From assembly GCA_034666125.1 (NCBI GenBank), contig JAXDML010000009.1, forward strand, positions 975-64,974: a DNA stretch of 64,000 bases, read 5' to 3'. Positions 8,777 through 18,872 of the stretch are shown here, one piece after another. The notes below the pieces were generated by a model, which ran no database searches, had not been told where the DNA came from, and was given only the letters and a program-made list of their open reading frames with translations. Origin of the DNA: Candidatus Parcubacteria bacterium (GTDB taxonomy: Bacteria > Patescibacteriota > Minisyncoccia > Phycocordibacterales > Phycocordibacteraceae). The stretch's first letter is position 1. Each line of letters starts with the position of its first letter. Position numbers and translations under genes: made by a program.

Positions 8777-9445
8777 CTAACCCTTACGATCTATTTGCGC
8801 TTCGCAGGCAGCCGTTCCTCCTTTGCCGAAGAAATTAAGCCTGTAGGTCGCGCTCTGTTCCGGCTTGTGTGTCAGACTGCCCTTTGGCTTGTAGCGCTTC
8901 TTCTGGTGGATGTCGAAGCCGTGCGCATAGTCAACCGTGAGAAGCGCATAGTCCGCCGCTACGCTCGTCCACGCGAGTTTTACGGACCCATTAACCTTAT
9001 TCTTGGACTTGTCGACGGCTTTGAGCGTACAGGTCGGCTTGCCTGTATTAGGTATTTCAAGAGAACGTTTAGTTTTTTTGACCGTAACTTTGAGCGTTTC
9101 CTGGTCTGAGTATATGACCTGTCCCTGATCGATACTTCGCCCGTCCTTATATTTAAGCTGGGTGCAGTACAACATATACTTCGTTGTTTTCTGCGGAGTA
9201 AGCGTAAGCTCCCCGTATTGTCCCACGTTATCCCTCAGCAATTTCCCATCGTTATTCGTATCATCTCGCAACTGACAATTGGGTTTCCCCGAGACATTCC
9301 AGATCAGGGTAACGCTTTCGCCGGACAAGATCTCTGCAGAACTTGAGGTGAAGAGGTTAATACGTACTTTTGAAGCGGCGCCAGCGGTAGAAGGCACTAG
9401 GAAAATACACGCAAGGAGAACGACGGAAAATATGTTTCTATGCAT
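8777..9445 (-). CDS. Secreted hypothetical protein (222 aa)
   Basis: Signal peptide (MHRNIFSVVLLACIFLVPSTAGAAS). Confidence 0.5.
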   Translation of the reverse strand: MHRNIFSVVLLACIFLVPSTAGAASKVRINLFTSSSAEILSGESVTLIWNVSGKPNCQLRDDTNNDGKLLRDNVGQYGELTLTPQKTTKYMLYCTQLKYKDGRSIDQGQVIYSDQETLKVTVKKTKRSLEIPNTGKPTCTLKAVDKSKNKVNGSVKLAWTSVAADYALLTVDYAHGFDIHQKKRYKPKGSLTHKPEQSATYRLNFFGKGGTAACEAQIDRKG

Positions 9446-9448
9446 GCC

Positions 9449-9835
9449 TCAAACTTTAGCATTTTCTGGAGATTTGGCAAGGCGGCTCCCGAGCCGTAAA
9501 GCGATATACAGCAGTACGCCGTAAAAGACGAAGCCAAATATTCCGAGAAGAACCGCGCCGCGCAGGGAAAGCTCTTGCACCATACCGGGGAAGGCCAGTA
9601 CCAGGCCACCTGCCAGAGAGATAAAGTAGATACCTATAACTTTGGCGCATTCTAACCTCGCTATCTTTTCTCGCTTGATAGACGAATGGATCAACCCGAG
9701 AGCCACCGCAAATACTAGAGGAATAATGAGGGTGGCAAAGCCGACTGGCACGAACTTATGAGAGATGCCGCTTAGTACAACCAACAGGAGCCCGAGGGTG
9801 TAGCCGCTTACCACTATCCTTTTAAGGATGTTCAT
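9449..9835 (-). CDS. Small integral membrane protein (about 4 TM)
   Basis: Hydrophobic profile. Confidence 0.5.
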   Translation of the reverse strand: MNILKRIVVSGYTLGLLLVVLSGISHKFVPVGFATLIIPLVFAVALGLIHSSIKREKIARLECAKVIGIYFISLAGGLVLAFPGMVQELSLRGAVLLGIFGFVFYGVLLYIALRLGSRLAKSPENAKV

Positions 9836-9885
9836 ACCTGAATTCTAATCCGGAAAGAATGTGTATTTGCATCTGAGTCTAATAA

Positions 9886-9913
9886 CTCACAAACCGCCCA
9901 AATGGGCGGTTTT
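9886..9913 (-). terminator. Rho-independent terminator downstream of the rpsF-ssb-rpsR operon
   Basis: AAACCGCCC aaat GGGCGGTTT hairpin; on the minus strand it is followed by TTTGTGAGTTATT. Confidence 0.5.
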
Positions 9914-9942
9914 GCGAGGACGCACAGTTGGCGAGCCTTTAA

Positions 9943-10149
9943 CTAGGCAGCTAGGTACGGCAGGAGCGCCATATAGCGCGCGCGCTTGATGGCGAGCGCG
10001 ATCTCGCGCTGGCGGGAGGCCGAGATGCCCGTGCGCTTCTTGCCCATGATCTTCGCGTGCGGATTCATGAACTGACGGAGGTAGGGTACGTCCTTGTAGT
10101 CGACGAACTTCTTGTTCTCTATCTCTTCGCGTTCTGCCTGGTGTGCCAT
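9943..10149 (-). CDS. rpsR: 30S ribosomal protein S18
   Basis: Conserved S18 core (DYKDVPYLRQFMNPHAKI, GISASRQREIALAIKRARYMALLPY). Confidence 0.9.
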   Translation of the reverse strand: MAHQAEREEIENKKFVDYKDVPYLRQFMNPHAKIMGKKRTGISASRQREIALAIKRARYMALLPYLAA

Positions 10150-10193
10150 GATTGCGTAAACTTACTATATACAAATGATTCGGTCAAAATTCC

Positions 10194-10655
10194 CTAGAAC
10201 GGGATGTCCTCCGGATTGATCTCATCGTCCGGATACTGGATGGAGTCGCCGCCCGCGCTTCCGGCGTCCTGCGAACCTCCATCGGCGGCGGGGGCCTGTC
10301 CCTTGTCATACGAACCTCCACCGACGCCGGCCGCCTGCGGACCGAACTGGAAGTTATCGACGACGATCTCGGTGCGGTACTTCTTTTGTCCTTCCGCTTC
10401 CCACGAACGCGTCTGGATGCGCCCTTCGACGAAGACCGGCCGGCCTTTCTTCAGGTACTGCCCCATGACCTCCGCGGTGCGCCCGAAGGCGACGATGTTA
10501 TGGAACTCGGTCTGTTCCTGCTGCTGCCCTTCCTTGTTCTTGAAGGTGCGATTGGTGGCGAGTCCGAAGGTCGCGACCTGCTGGCCGCTTGGGAGCGCGC
10601 GGACTTCCGGGTCGCGGGTAAGGTTGCCGTAGAGAAAGGCTTTGTTGAGGTACAT
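10194..10655 (-). CDS. ssb: Single-stranded DNA-binding protein
   Basis: OB-fold SSB core (NKAFLYGNLTRDPEVR..) and the acidic C-terminal tail DDEINPEDIPF. Confidence 0.9.
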   Translation of the reverse strand: MYLNKAFLYGNLTRDPEVRALPSGQQVATFGLATNRTFKNKEGQQQEQTEFHNIVAFGRTAEVMGQYLKKGRPVFVEGRIQTRSWEAEGQKKYRTEIVVDNFQFGPQAAGVGGGSYDKGQAPAADGGSQDAGSAGGDSIQYPDDEINPEDIPF

Positions 10656-10686
10656 CGGATTAAGGGATTAGATGCTAATTCCTGAA

Positions 10687-11211
10687 TTATACACCCGCCT
10701 CTTTGAGCGCGGCATCGAGTTCTACCTCCGCAGCGTCGTCTTCGGAGGCAGGTTGTTCAAGAGCGGCGCGCGCGAAGAGCTCATGCATCTCGGCTGCATG
10801 CTTGGCGGCGTCCTTAGTCGTGCGGATATCGAGGTGGCGGATGATGTTCGACTGGGAGCGGACGAACTCGCCGATATCCTCGTGTCCTGCGCCGTCGGCC
10901 TCGTATGCGATCCAGCAGAAGAACGCGCTGTCGAAGTCGCGGCGCCCGGTCGTTTCCTGGCGGGAAATGGTGTAGGCAAGCGGCACTTTCGTGGGTTCGC
11001 CTTCGGCGACGACCGTCCCGATGGCCGTGATGCGGTCACGGATGCCCTGGTACGCCTTCTTTGCTTCCTCCTGGGGAAGCTCGCCATCGAGATGAAAACC
11101 GAGTTCGTAGACGCGGGTTTCCGTGAGGTCACCCTCTTCAGCGGCCTCTATGCCTTCGATCGATTCATTATTTTCTGCCTGATTTGCCATATGATTAGCC
11201 GATACTAGCAC
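10687..11211 (-). CDS. rpsF: 30S ribosomal protein S6 with acidic extensions
   Basis: S6 core (RVYELGFHL..) in the conserved rpsF-ssb-rpsR order. Confidence 0.75.
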   Translation of the reverse strand: MLVSANHMANQAENNESIEGIEAAEEGDLTETRVYELGFHLDGELPQEEAKKAYQGIRDRITAIGTVVAEGEPTKVPLAYTISRQETTGRRDFDSAFFCWIAYEADGAGHEDIGEFVRSQSNIIRHLDIRTTKDAAKHAAEMHELFARAALEQPASEDDAAEVELDAALKEAGV

Positions 11212-11241
11212 GGCAGTAAAAAGCCCGCAAACGCGCCGTTT

Positions 11242-12045
11242 CTATGCAATAGCTGCAGGCAAGCTAAAGAGTTTCCTCGCGTTCTGGAGGATATCCACAC
11301 GGACGGTTTCCGGGTCCTCGTTCCGGATACCGGCGATCGCTTCCACGACCCGTATGACGGCCCGCGGGTCGTTACGCTTCCCGCGATTCGGGGCGGGAGC
11401 CACGTACGGCGAATCGGTCTCGGAAAGGATGTGCGTCCCGGGGACGAAGCGCACGACATCGTCATAATCGCGGGCGAAGGTGAGCACGGCCGTGAAGGAG
11501 AGCGTGAAATCAAGTTCGATGAGCGTCCGCGCCTCTTCCACGCCGCCGACGAAGAAATGGATGTTGCCCCGGAAGCCGTCGCCGTATTCCTTCTTCGCGC
11601 TCGTGAGGATATCGATGAGGTCGCGGTACGCGTCATTCGTTCCTTTCGCCGGGCGTGCATGGATCATGAGCGGCTTTCCCGTCTCTCCGGCAAGCGCCAC
11701 GTGCGCCTCGAACACTTCGAGCTGTTTTGTTTTCGTGACTTCCGGGTCCTCCGGGCGATAGTTGTCGAGTCCGCACTCCCCTATCGCTACGACCCGAGGG
11801 TCCTTCGCAAGCTGTCGGTACGGCTCAATGTCCGTAAACTCGTGAGCCGAGTTCGGATGGAGTCCGACGCTTGCCCACAAGCTCCCGCTCGGGCGCACGA
11901 GCTCAAGGGCGGCTGCGGACGATTCTTCGTCGACTCCGACTACGAGCCCGCCGACGCCCTGCTCCTCCATTGACGCCAGCAATCGCTCGCGATCCTCATC
12001 ATACTGCGGGAACTGGATGTGGCAGTGCGCGTCGAAATACCGCAT
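11242..12045 (-). CDS. tatD: TatD-family metal-dependent DNase/hydrolase
   Basis: N-terminal DAHCH metal-binding motif and TIM-barrel hydrolase pattern. Confidence 0.85.
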   Translation of the reverse strand: MRYFDAHCHIQFPQYDEDRERLLASMEEQGVGGLVVGVDEESSAAALELVRPSGSLWASVGLHPNSAHEFTDIEPYRQLAKDPRVVAIGECGLDNYRPEDPEVTKTKQLEVFEAHVALAGETGKPLMIHARPAKGTNDAYRDLIDILTSAKKEYGDGFRGNIHFFVGGVEEARTLIELDFTLSFTAVLTFARDYDDVVRFVPGTHILSETDSPYVAPAPNRGKRNDPRAVIRVVEAIAGIRNEDPETVRVDILQNARKLFSLPAAIA

Positions 12046-12047
12046 GG

Positions 12048-13475
12048 CTAATCCAATCGCGGGAACAGGTTCTCCGGCTTCTTGTTCTCGCGGACCGTAG
12101 TAAGAATGGCTTCGGAAGTCGCGGGCATGGCGGGAGCGAGATGCGCGGCGACCTTCGCGAGGTGCCGGACGAGCTTCTCGATGTCGGCGAGCGCCTCGGC
12201 CTTCGTGGACTGGTCCTTGATTTTCTTATACGGCTCCGTGCTCGTCATGTACTCGTCGCCCTTGCCGATATGCTCGAAGATAAGGTCCATCGCTTCATTG
12301 AAGCGGTATGCTTCCACCTTCTTGAAGAAGGCGTCCTCGACGCTCATATCCTCGTCGGTGAGTACGACCGGACCCGGCAGATGCTCCTCCGCGAGCTTCA
12401 TCACCCGCGCGACCAGGTTACCAAGGCCGTTCACCAAGTTCGCCGTGTATGCCTCCCTCAGCCCTTCCTCCGTAACATCCGAGTCCTCGAAGGGATGCAC
12501 GTGCCGGAGCACCAGGTACCGGACAGCGTCCACGCCGTACGTGTCCGCAAGCGCCACAGGATCGATGACGTTCCCCAAGGACTTCGACATCTTCTGCCCG
12601 CCGGAATTGATGAACCCGTGTATGAATATCTGCCTGGACGGCGCGACTCCGGCCGACATGAGCATCGCCTGCCACATCGCCGACTGCTGGCGCAGGTTGT
12701 CCTTCCCGGCGAGCTGTATGCCCGGCCACCACTTCTGGAATCCACCTTCCTCCCGCGGCCAGTTGATGACGGAAATATAATTCACGAGCGCATCGAACCA
12801 CACGTACATGACATGCTCATCGTCCCCCGGCACCGGCACGCCCCACGGGAGCTTCTCCTTACGTCGGCTGATGCTGAAGTCCTTCAGGCCGCGTTCCACG
12901 AATGAGCGGATCTCGTTCATGCGCACGTCGGGCACGACGAAGTCGGGTCGCGCGGCGTAGAGCTTCAGGAGCGGCTCCTGGTACTTCGAGAAACGAAAAT
13001 AGTAATTCTCCTCCTTAATGAGCTGTATCTCGAGATGCGGATGTATGACGCACCGTCCGTTGTCGAGTTCCGAGTCGGTCTTCTCGAGCTCGCACCCGAT
13101 GCAGTATTTCACTTCATACATCGCCTTATAGATGTCGCCGGCCTGCTCGCAGCGCTTCCAGAACGCCTGCGCGGCCGCCTTGTGTCCCGGGCTCGTCGTC
13201 CTCGTGAACGCGCTGTACGAGATGTTCAGGCGGTCCACGAACGCCTTGAACCGCGCCGCATACTCGTCGACGTACGCCTGCGGGTCCTTCCCCGTTTCCT
13301 GCGCCTTCTGCAGGATCTTGGTGCCGTGCTCGTCGGTGCCGGTATTGAAGAATACTTCCTCCCCCCGCAGTCGTGCGGCGCGCGCGAGCACATCCGCCTC
13401 GACGAATTCGAGCGCGGTACCGAGGTGCGGGTCCGCGTTCACGTATGGAAGCGTCGTCGTGAAGTACTTCGCCAT
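12048..13475 (-). CDS. metG: Methionyl-tRNA synthetase (short form, no C-terminal tRNA-binding domain)
   Basis: HIGH-like motif (PYVNADPHLGT) and KMSKS; class I fold. Confidence 0.9.
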   Translation of the reverse strand: MAKYFTTTLPYVNADPHLGTALEFVEADVLARAARLRGEEVFFNTGTDEHGTKILQKAQETGKDPQAYVDEYAARFKAFVDRLNISYSAFTRTTSPGHKAAAQAFWKRCEQAGDIYKAMYEVKYCIGCELEKTDSELDNGRCVIHPHLEIQLIKEENYYFRFSKYQEPLLKLYAARPDFVVPDVRMNEIRSFVERGLKDFSISRRKEKLPWGVPVPGDDEHVMYVWFDALVNYISVINWPREEGGFQKWWPGIQLAGKDNLRQQSAMWQAMLMSAGVAPSRQIFIHGFINSGGQKMSKSLGNVIDPVALADTYGVDAVRYLVLRHVHPFEDSDVTEEGLREAYTANLVNGLGNLVARVMKLAEEHLPGPVVLTDEDMSVEDAFFKKVEAYRFNEAMDLIFEHIGKGDEYMTSTEPYKKIKDQSTKAEALADIEKLVRHLAKVAAHLAPAMPATSEAILTTVRENKKPENLFPRLD

Positions 13476-13483
13476 TATGTCGT

Positions 13484-14539
13484 TTATGCCAACTCGACCG
13501 CCTCGCGCTTGCCGCGGTCGTAATCGTTCAGGAACTCGCGGAGCGCCGCCGCGACCGGAATGGCGATGAGTACGCCGAGGAATCCGGCGAGCTCGTACCC
13601 GGTGATGAGGGCGAGGATGACGAGCAGGGGCGGTATGCCCACCACCTTATTCACCACCAATGGATGTATCAGATGCGACTCGAACTGGTTGATGATCACG
13701 TAGAGTCCGGCGACGATGAGTGCGAGGGTGGTGCCGCCCGTGGAGAACGCGACCGCGATGGCCGGCAGCGCCGAGAGGAACGAGCCGAAGATCGGCACGA
13801 GCATCATCGCGGCGGTGAATACCGCAAGGAGGAACGAGTACGGAATGCCAAGTATAAGAAGGCCGAGATACGCGATGACGCCGCCGATGACGGACGAGAG
13901 GAGCTGTCCCTGCATCCACTGGCCGATCTTCTTCTGCGCGCGCAGCCAGAGCCCCACGACGTACTCCTCGCGGTTAGCCGGCGTGATGAGGCGGAGGAAG
14001 TCCTCGACGCCCGTGTCCCGCATCGCGAAGTAGAACGAGAGGACCACCAGGAGGATGAAGGACACGATACCGCCAAAGAACGCCGCCATGAGCTTGAACG
14101 CGCCTTCCGACGAGCCGGTGAACGCGGAACGAAAGGTAAGAATGGAATTGAATATCGACTCGGCGCCGGTCGAGCTCTGCGCGGCTGGCACAAGCTGCGA
14201 CAGGTCGCCGAACGGTCCCGGGAGATTGAGCGAGCCCAGGTACTGCGGGATGAGCGAGAAGATACCCTGGATGTCGCTCAGTATCGGCGGGAGGAAGAAG
14301 TACACGATGCCGAACAGGGAGCCGAAGACGGCGACATACATGCCGAGGACGGCGAGCACGCGCGGTATGCGATGCCGCACGAAGAAGAGCACGCCCGGCT
14401 CGATCGCCGAGGCGATGACGATCGCGGTCAATACCAGGAGTGCGAGCTCACGCAGGGTCCAGACGGCATACGCCAGGGCCCCGATGATGATCGCCCGGAT
14501 GAACGTGCTCGATTGGATGGATATGACCTTCGCGTCCAT
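13484..14539 (-). CDS. AI-2E family transporter (PerM/YhhT-like permease)
   Basis: About 8 TM helices with the typical family architecture. Confidence 0.65.
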   Translation of the reverse strand: MDAKVISIQSSTFIRAIIIGALAYAVWTLRELALLVLTAIVIASAIEPGVLFFVRHRIPRVLAVLGMYVAVFGSLFGIVYFFLPPILSDIQGIFSLIPQYLGSLNLPGPFGDLSQLVPAAQSSTGAESIFNSILTFRSAFTGSSEGAFKLMAAFFGGIVSFILLVVLSFYFAMRDTGVEDFLRLITPANREEYVVGLWLRAQKKIGQWMQGQLLSSVIGGVIAYLGLLILGIPYSFLLAVFTAAMMLVPIFGSFLSALPAIAVAFSTGGTTLALIVAGLYVIINQFESHLIHPLVVNKVVGIPPLLVILALITGYELAGFLGVLIAIPVAAALREFLNDYDRGKREAVELA

Positions 14540-14574
14540 ATAGTGCCTAGCGTAGCACTAAGGCCCTTTCGCGG

Positions 14575-15960
14575 CTACGCGAGCGCGTCACGAAGCCTCT
14601 CGGCGACCTCGGCGACTGAAAGCCGCTCCTGTTCCCCGCTGTCGCGGTGGCGGAGCGTGACCGTGTCCGTAAGGCTCGGATTCTCGCCGAGCGTGTCGAA
14701 GTCGACCGTGATGCAGAACGGCGTGCCGATCTCGTCCTGGCGGCGGTACCGTTTGCCGATGTTCCCGTTATCGTCCCAGGCGATCGCCGGATGCACCTTG
14801 CGGAGCAGATCGCGCACTTCGCGCGCCTTCTCCACCAGTTCCGGCTTGTTCTTCAGGAGCGGCGACACCATCGCCTTCACCGGGGCCACTTTCGGCGCGA
14901 GCGCGAGGTACGTGCGCGTCTCGCCGCCGAGATCGTCTTCGCGGTATGCGTCGAGGAGAATGAATAGGAACGCGCGTCCCACGCCGCCCGAGGTCTCGAT
15001 TATCCACGGCATGATCTTCTCTCCCGACTCATCGATATACGTCATGGGCACGCCCGAATATTCCTGATGTCGACGCAGGTCCCAGTCGCCGCGGTGATGG
15101 ATGCCCCATGCCTCCTTCCATCCGAACGGGCTCTGATATTCGATATCCCATGCTTCCTGCGCGTAGTGCGCGCGTTCGTGCTCCTCGTGCTGCCTGAAGC
15201 GCAAATTCTCCTCCCGGATGCCGAGCCCCCGATACCAGTCCATGCTGCGCTGCTTCCAATATTCATACTGCTTCTTCCCTTCTCCGGCTTCCGGACGGAT
15301 GTAGTACTGAAGCTCCATTTGCTCGAATTCGCGTACGCGAAAAAGGAAGTTCCCGGGGACGATCTCATTGCGGAACGCCTTGCCTATCTGTGCGATGCCG
15401 AACGGCAGCTTCGGATGCATCGAGTCGAGCACGTTCTTGAAGTTCACCTGCACGCCCTGGGTAATCTCGCCGCGAAGGTATACGGACTCCTTTTGGCCTT
15501 CGACCGCGCCGATGCCGGCTTCGACCAGAAGATTGAAGACCTTGGGTTCCGTAAGCGGGTTACCGTCAGGACTCTTCATCCCTTTCTCCGCCATGAGCTT
15601 TCCCATGTCTTTCACGGAAAGGTTATGCGTATCCACACCCGCATCTTCAAGCAAATGGTCGGCACGATAACGCTTATGCGTTACCTTGTCCTCGACCAGC
15701 GGGTCGGTGAATCCTTCCGTATGACCGGAAGCCTCCCATACGCGGGGTGTCATGAGGATCGATGCGTCGACGCCGTAGACGTCATCGCGCTCGTATACAA
15801 AGTTCTGCCACCAAGAGCATTTGATGTTCTCGTTAAGAGCGACGCCGAGCGGACCGTAGTCATACGTACCCGCAAGCCCGCCGTATATCTCGGAGCCCGG
15901 AAATACGAATCCGCGCCTCTTGCAAAGCGAAACGATCTTCTCCATCAGGTTCTCTTTCAT
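14575..15960 (-). CDS. glyS: Glycyl-tRNA synthetase, alpha2 (eukaryote/archaeal-like) type
   Basis: Class II motifs and anticodon-binding domain. Start set at MKENL because the longer ORF would overlap the upstream gene. Confidence 0.85.
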   Translation of the reverse strand: MKENLMEKIVSLCKRRGFVFPGSEIYGGLAGTYDYGPLGVALNENIKCSWWQNFVYERDDVYGVDASILMTPRVWEASGHTEGFTDPLVEDKVTHKRYRADHLLEDAGVDTHNLSVKDMGKLMAEKGMKSPDGNPLTEPKVFNLLVEAGIGAVEGQKESVYLRGEITQGVQVNFKNVLDSMHPKLPFGIAQIGKAFRNEIVPGNFLFRVREFEQMELQYYIRPEAGEGKKQYEYWKQRSMDWYRGLGIREENLRFRQHEEHERAHYAQEAWDIEYQSPFGWKEAWGIHHRGDWDLRRHQEYSGVPMTYIDESGEKIMPWIIETSGGVGRAFLFILLDAYREDDLGGETRTYLALAPKVAPVKAMVSPLLKNKPELVEKAREVRDLLRKVHPAIAWDDNGNIGKRYRRQDEIGTPFCITVDFDTLGENPSLTDTVTLRHRDSGEQERLSVAEVAERLRDALA

Positions 15961-15967
15961 ATATAGG

Positions 15968-17869
15968 TTATTGCGTGACCAGGCCCTCTCCGGAACGATA
16001 TGCCGGATCTTCCGAGAACTGCGCCGTGAGGCGCTCACTCTTTACCGAGACCGGCCCCTGCGTAAAGCGGTCGGTCGCGGTAAAGGTCTGCTCCGGTATC
16101 AGGACGGGACTGATCCCGACCTGGGAAAGGCTCGGCAGGAAGGCGATCTGGAACGAGGCCTTTCCGGTCGCGCCGCCGGCCAGGTCGTTCAGCCGCCAGG
16201 TCACGGTACGCGTACGCTCGTCATACGTCACGCTGCCCGCAGGGCTGACCGCGCCCGTGAAGCGGACGTACGAAGGAAGGACCATGACCGCCTGCGCGCC
16301 GGCGATGGCGTTGACCGAATTCACGGCCGACAGTTCGACGGTATACGTCGTTTCCGCATTCGCCTTCGGCGGCACCGGGCCGGTATTCGTGAACGGCCCG
16401 ACGCTTCGGAGGAGACGCGAGGTGAAGTTCACGCTCGTGCCGACCTTCACCGTCTTCGTGACCGTGGACGAGACCGCCTCCGGCACGCCCGTCTGGCTGA
16501 GGCGGTTCCCCGCGATGGAGACGGTAAGCATCACGACCGGGCTCGGGACGCCGGCAAGCGCCGCGGCCGATTTCGGAATGAACGAGAATGAGCCGTTCCC
16601 CGTGTCGCCCGGAAGGAGCTGCACGAGCCCGGGGTCCGTATCCTTCGAGAAGAGCAGGGTCGAGTCGCTCGAACGGTAGAAGCCGCTCTGCGCGAAGACC
16701 TGCGCCGGATCGAACCCGCTGCCCGAGAACCGTACGCTTATCTGCGCGTCCGACACCGGAACGTTAAGGTTGTTCTTCCACGAGAGGGTCCCGTTCACGG
16801 ACTGCCCGGGCGGCGCGAGTACCGTGTCCGCCGTATCGCGGTTGAGCGACAGGATCGTCGCGAGGAACGGCCGCGCGACCTGCACGAGCGCGTCCGTACT
16901 CGCGTACGGGAGCGCGATTGTCGTCGCGTCGGCGGACGTGCGTGTACCGGCGCTGATGCGGAACACGCGCTCGTCCGTATCCTGCCCCGTAAGCACCCCG
17001 TTTATGCTGACGTTCTGCTGCGCCCCCGGAGCGAGCGTGCCGAGGCTGAAGAGCGTTCCCGTGGACGGACGCGGGATGGTGTTCGTGGGCGTGAATCCTG
17101 GGGGATAGCTCACCTCGACGCCCACATTCTCGAGCGGCGTCGGCGCGTTGCTCCGCGCCGTCACGACAAGCGTGAACGGCTCCCCCGATGCCGCTTCCCT
17201 CGGCGCGGCGACGGTGAGCGAGAGCGGCGAGGTCGTCACCGTCACCGTATACTCCCCTTCCGTGACGAAAGACGCATTCGACGCTTCGGCCTTGTACTCC
17301 ACGCGTATCGGCACCGTAAGCACCTGGTTCTGGGCGCCGAACAGGACCGCGTTCACCGTGCGCGACGCTTCCGCACCGGGGCCGAGATCGCCGAGCGTGT
17401 CGGTGTAGTGGTCGAAAGGCTGCGTTTTGTCGACCGCCTGCCGGGTGCCCGCAGGCAGGTCGATGACGATGTTCGTGTTCGTGATGGTCGCCGGATTATT
17501 GTTCTTCACCTTCACGACGATGGCCACCGTGTCCCCGCTCCCGATCGAGGGAGGCCCGTCGGTGTCGATGGCCACGTTCTCCGCCGAGATGGAACGCGAC
17601 CCGTGCAGGAACAGGAAGGCGGCGACGCCGCCGGCGATGAGGAAGAATCCCACGGCGACCACGAGAAAACGGCTCGTCCACGGCATGGCCGCCCATCCGC
17701 GCGGGGTCTTCACGATTGGAGGAGGCGGAGGCGTCCAGCCCTGTTGAACGGGTACCGGACGCTGGATGTCGTGGCGCAAGGGTTGCTGCACCGCGGACTC
17801 GACTGGTCCCGGCGCATAGAGGCGCTTCCGCATCTCCTCAAGCGGGCTGTCGGCGTCTTCGGGAGGCAT
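15968..17869 (-). CDS. Large T/S/V-rich surface protein with N-terminal TM anchor (633 aa)
   Basis: N-terminal hydrophobic anchor followed by beta-rich, low-complexity repeats. First gene of a nine-gene surface operon. Confidence 0.55.
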   Translation of the reverse strand: MPPEDADSPLEEMRKRLYAPGPVESAVQQPLRHDIQRPVPVQQGWTPPPPPIVKTPRGWAAMPWTSRFLVVAVGFFLIAGGVAAFLFLHGSRSISAENVAIDTDGPPSIGSGDTVAIVVKVKNNNPATITNTNIVIDLPAGTRQAVDKTQPFDHYTDTLGDLGPGAEASRTVNAVLFGAQNQVLTVPIRVEYKAEASNASFVTEGEYTVTVTTSPLSLTVAAPREAASGEPFTLVVTARSNAPTPLENVGVEVSYPPGFTPTNTIPRPSTGTLFSLGTLAPGAQQNVSINGVLTGQDTDERVFRISAGTRTSADATTIALPYASTDALVQVARPFLATILSLNRDTADTVLAPPGQSVNGTLSWKNNLNVPVSDAQISVRFSGSGFDPAQVFAQSGFYRSSDSTLLFSKDTDPGLVQLLPGDTGNGSFSFIPKSAAALAGVPSPVVMLTVSIAGNRLSQTGVPEAVSSTVTKTVKVGTSVNFTSRLLRSVGPFTNTGPVPPKANAETTYTVELSAVNSVNAIAGAQAVMVLPSYVRFTGAVSPAGSVTYDERTRTVTWRLNDLAGGATGKASFQIAFLPSLSQVGISPVLIPEQTFTATDRFTQGPVSVKSERLTAQFSEDPAYRSGEGLVTQ

Positions 17870-17915
17870 ATATAGGGAGTATAACGTACGACGACACGGA
17901 TCCCGACGCTGGAAA

Positions 17916-18872
17916 TTACTTTTGGGTCTTGAGCTTCTTCTCGACGATGCTTTCGACGTCTGCGAGGTCTTTCTCGAACTGGTCGATGAAATCGATCTCT
18001 TTCTTCGTGAGCGACGAATCCGGAAGGCGTTTCAAGCGCGCGAGATGCGCGTTCAAGTCCTTGCGCAGGAGTCCGAAGGAGCGATGGACTACGTCGCCTT
18101 GCGCGAGACGGCGCATCCGCTCTCCGTAAAGGAAGCGCGAAATGCCGTATGCGCCCGCGAGTGCGAGTGCGACCAATCCGATGACGGCGAGAATGAGTAT
18201 GAGAAACGGAGAGAACTCGCGCGCGACACCGGTGGAGATCGTGGGGACTTCAGAAAGTGCGGGCTCGACCGAAGCGGAAGTGGTCGCGGTCTCGTCAGTA
18301 ATATCCGGTTGACCGACCTCTTCCGTCTTAGGCATCGGTACCGGCTTAGGTTTCGATACGGGAACGGAAGGCTCGACGGCAGGAGTCACCGGCGAAGCCA
18401 GAGAAAGCGTGCGCGGACCGGCGCTCGTCAATACATTGGTGCCTCGTCCGTCGTTGGCGAGCACCGACGCGCTTCCGAACGAGAGAGTCGCCGTACCCGG
18501 CGCCTTCACCTGGAACACGAAGGTGATGACACGGCCTCCCTGCCCGGAGTATCCGGGATTCGGGACGATGCCCTCGAGCGAAGCGGTGCCGGCGGAATTG
18601 GAAAAGCTCGGTTCCTCGGCCCAGAACGTAACGATGCTGCCTGCTTTCGATATGGAAAGGAGCGTGAGCTTGTCCGTCGGGAAGTTCACGCGCGCGGAAA
18701 TGCCGTTCAGCGACTCGCCGCCCTGAGCCGATACGAGCACCGACACCGACACTGTCTGCCCGACAGTTCCCGAAGCGCCCGTGAACGACAGGGTCGCCGC
18801 GTGCGCAGGAAGAGCGAAGAGGAGTAGTCCTATGACGACGAGAGCACGGTACGTAAAAGCATTAGCGTGCAT
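17916..18872 (-). CDS. Secreted protein with C-terminal TM anchor and charged cytoplasmic tail
   Basis: Signal peptide; C-terminal TM (FLILILAVIGLVALALAGAYGI); about 80-aa K/E-rich tail. Confidence 0.5.
   Translation of the reverse strand: MHANAFTYRALVVIGLLLFALPAHAATLSFTGASGTVGQTVSVSVLVSAQGGESLNGISARVNFPTDKLTLLSISKAGSIVTFWAEEPSFSNSAGTASLEGIVPNPGYSGQGGRVITFVFQVKAPGTATLSFGSASVLANDGRGTNVLTSAGPRTLSLASPVTPAVEPSVPVSKPKPVPMPKTEEVGQPDITDETATTSASVEPALSEVPTISTGVAREFSPFLILILAVIGLVALALAGAYGISRFLYGERMRRLAQGDVVHRSFGLLRKDLNAHLARLKRLPDSSLTKKEIDFIDQFEKDLADVESIVEKKLKTQK

Noticed and set aside
15961-16038. Longer N-terminus for GlyRS as listed in the ORF track
   Set aside because: Would overlap the upstream gene by 70 nt. 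Conserved GlyRS sequence begins after the internal MKENL Met.
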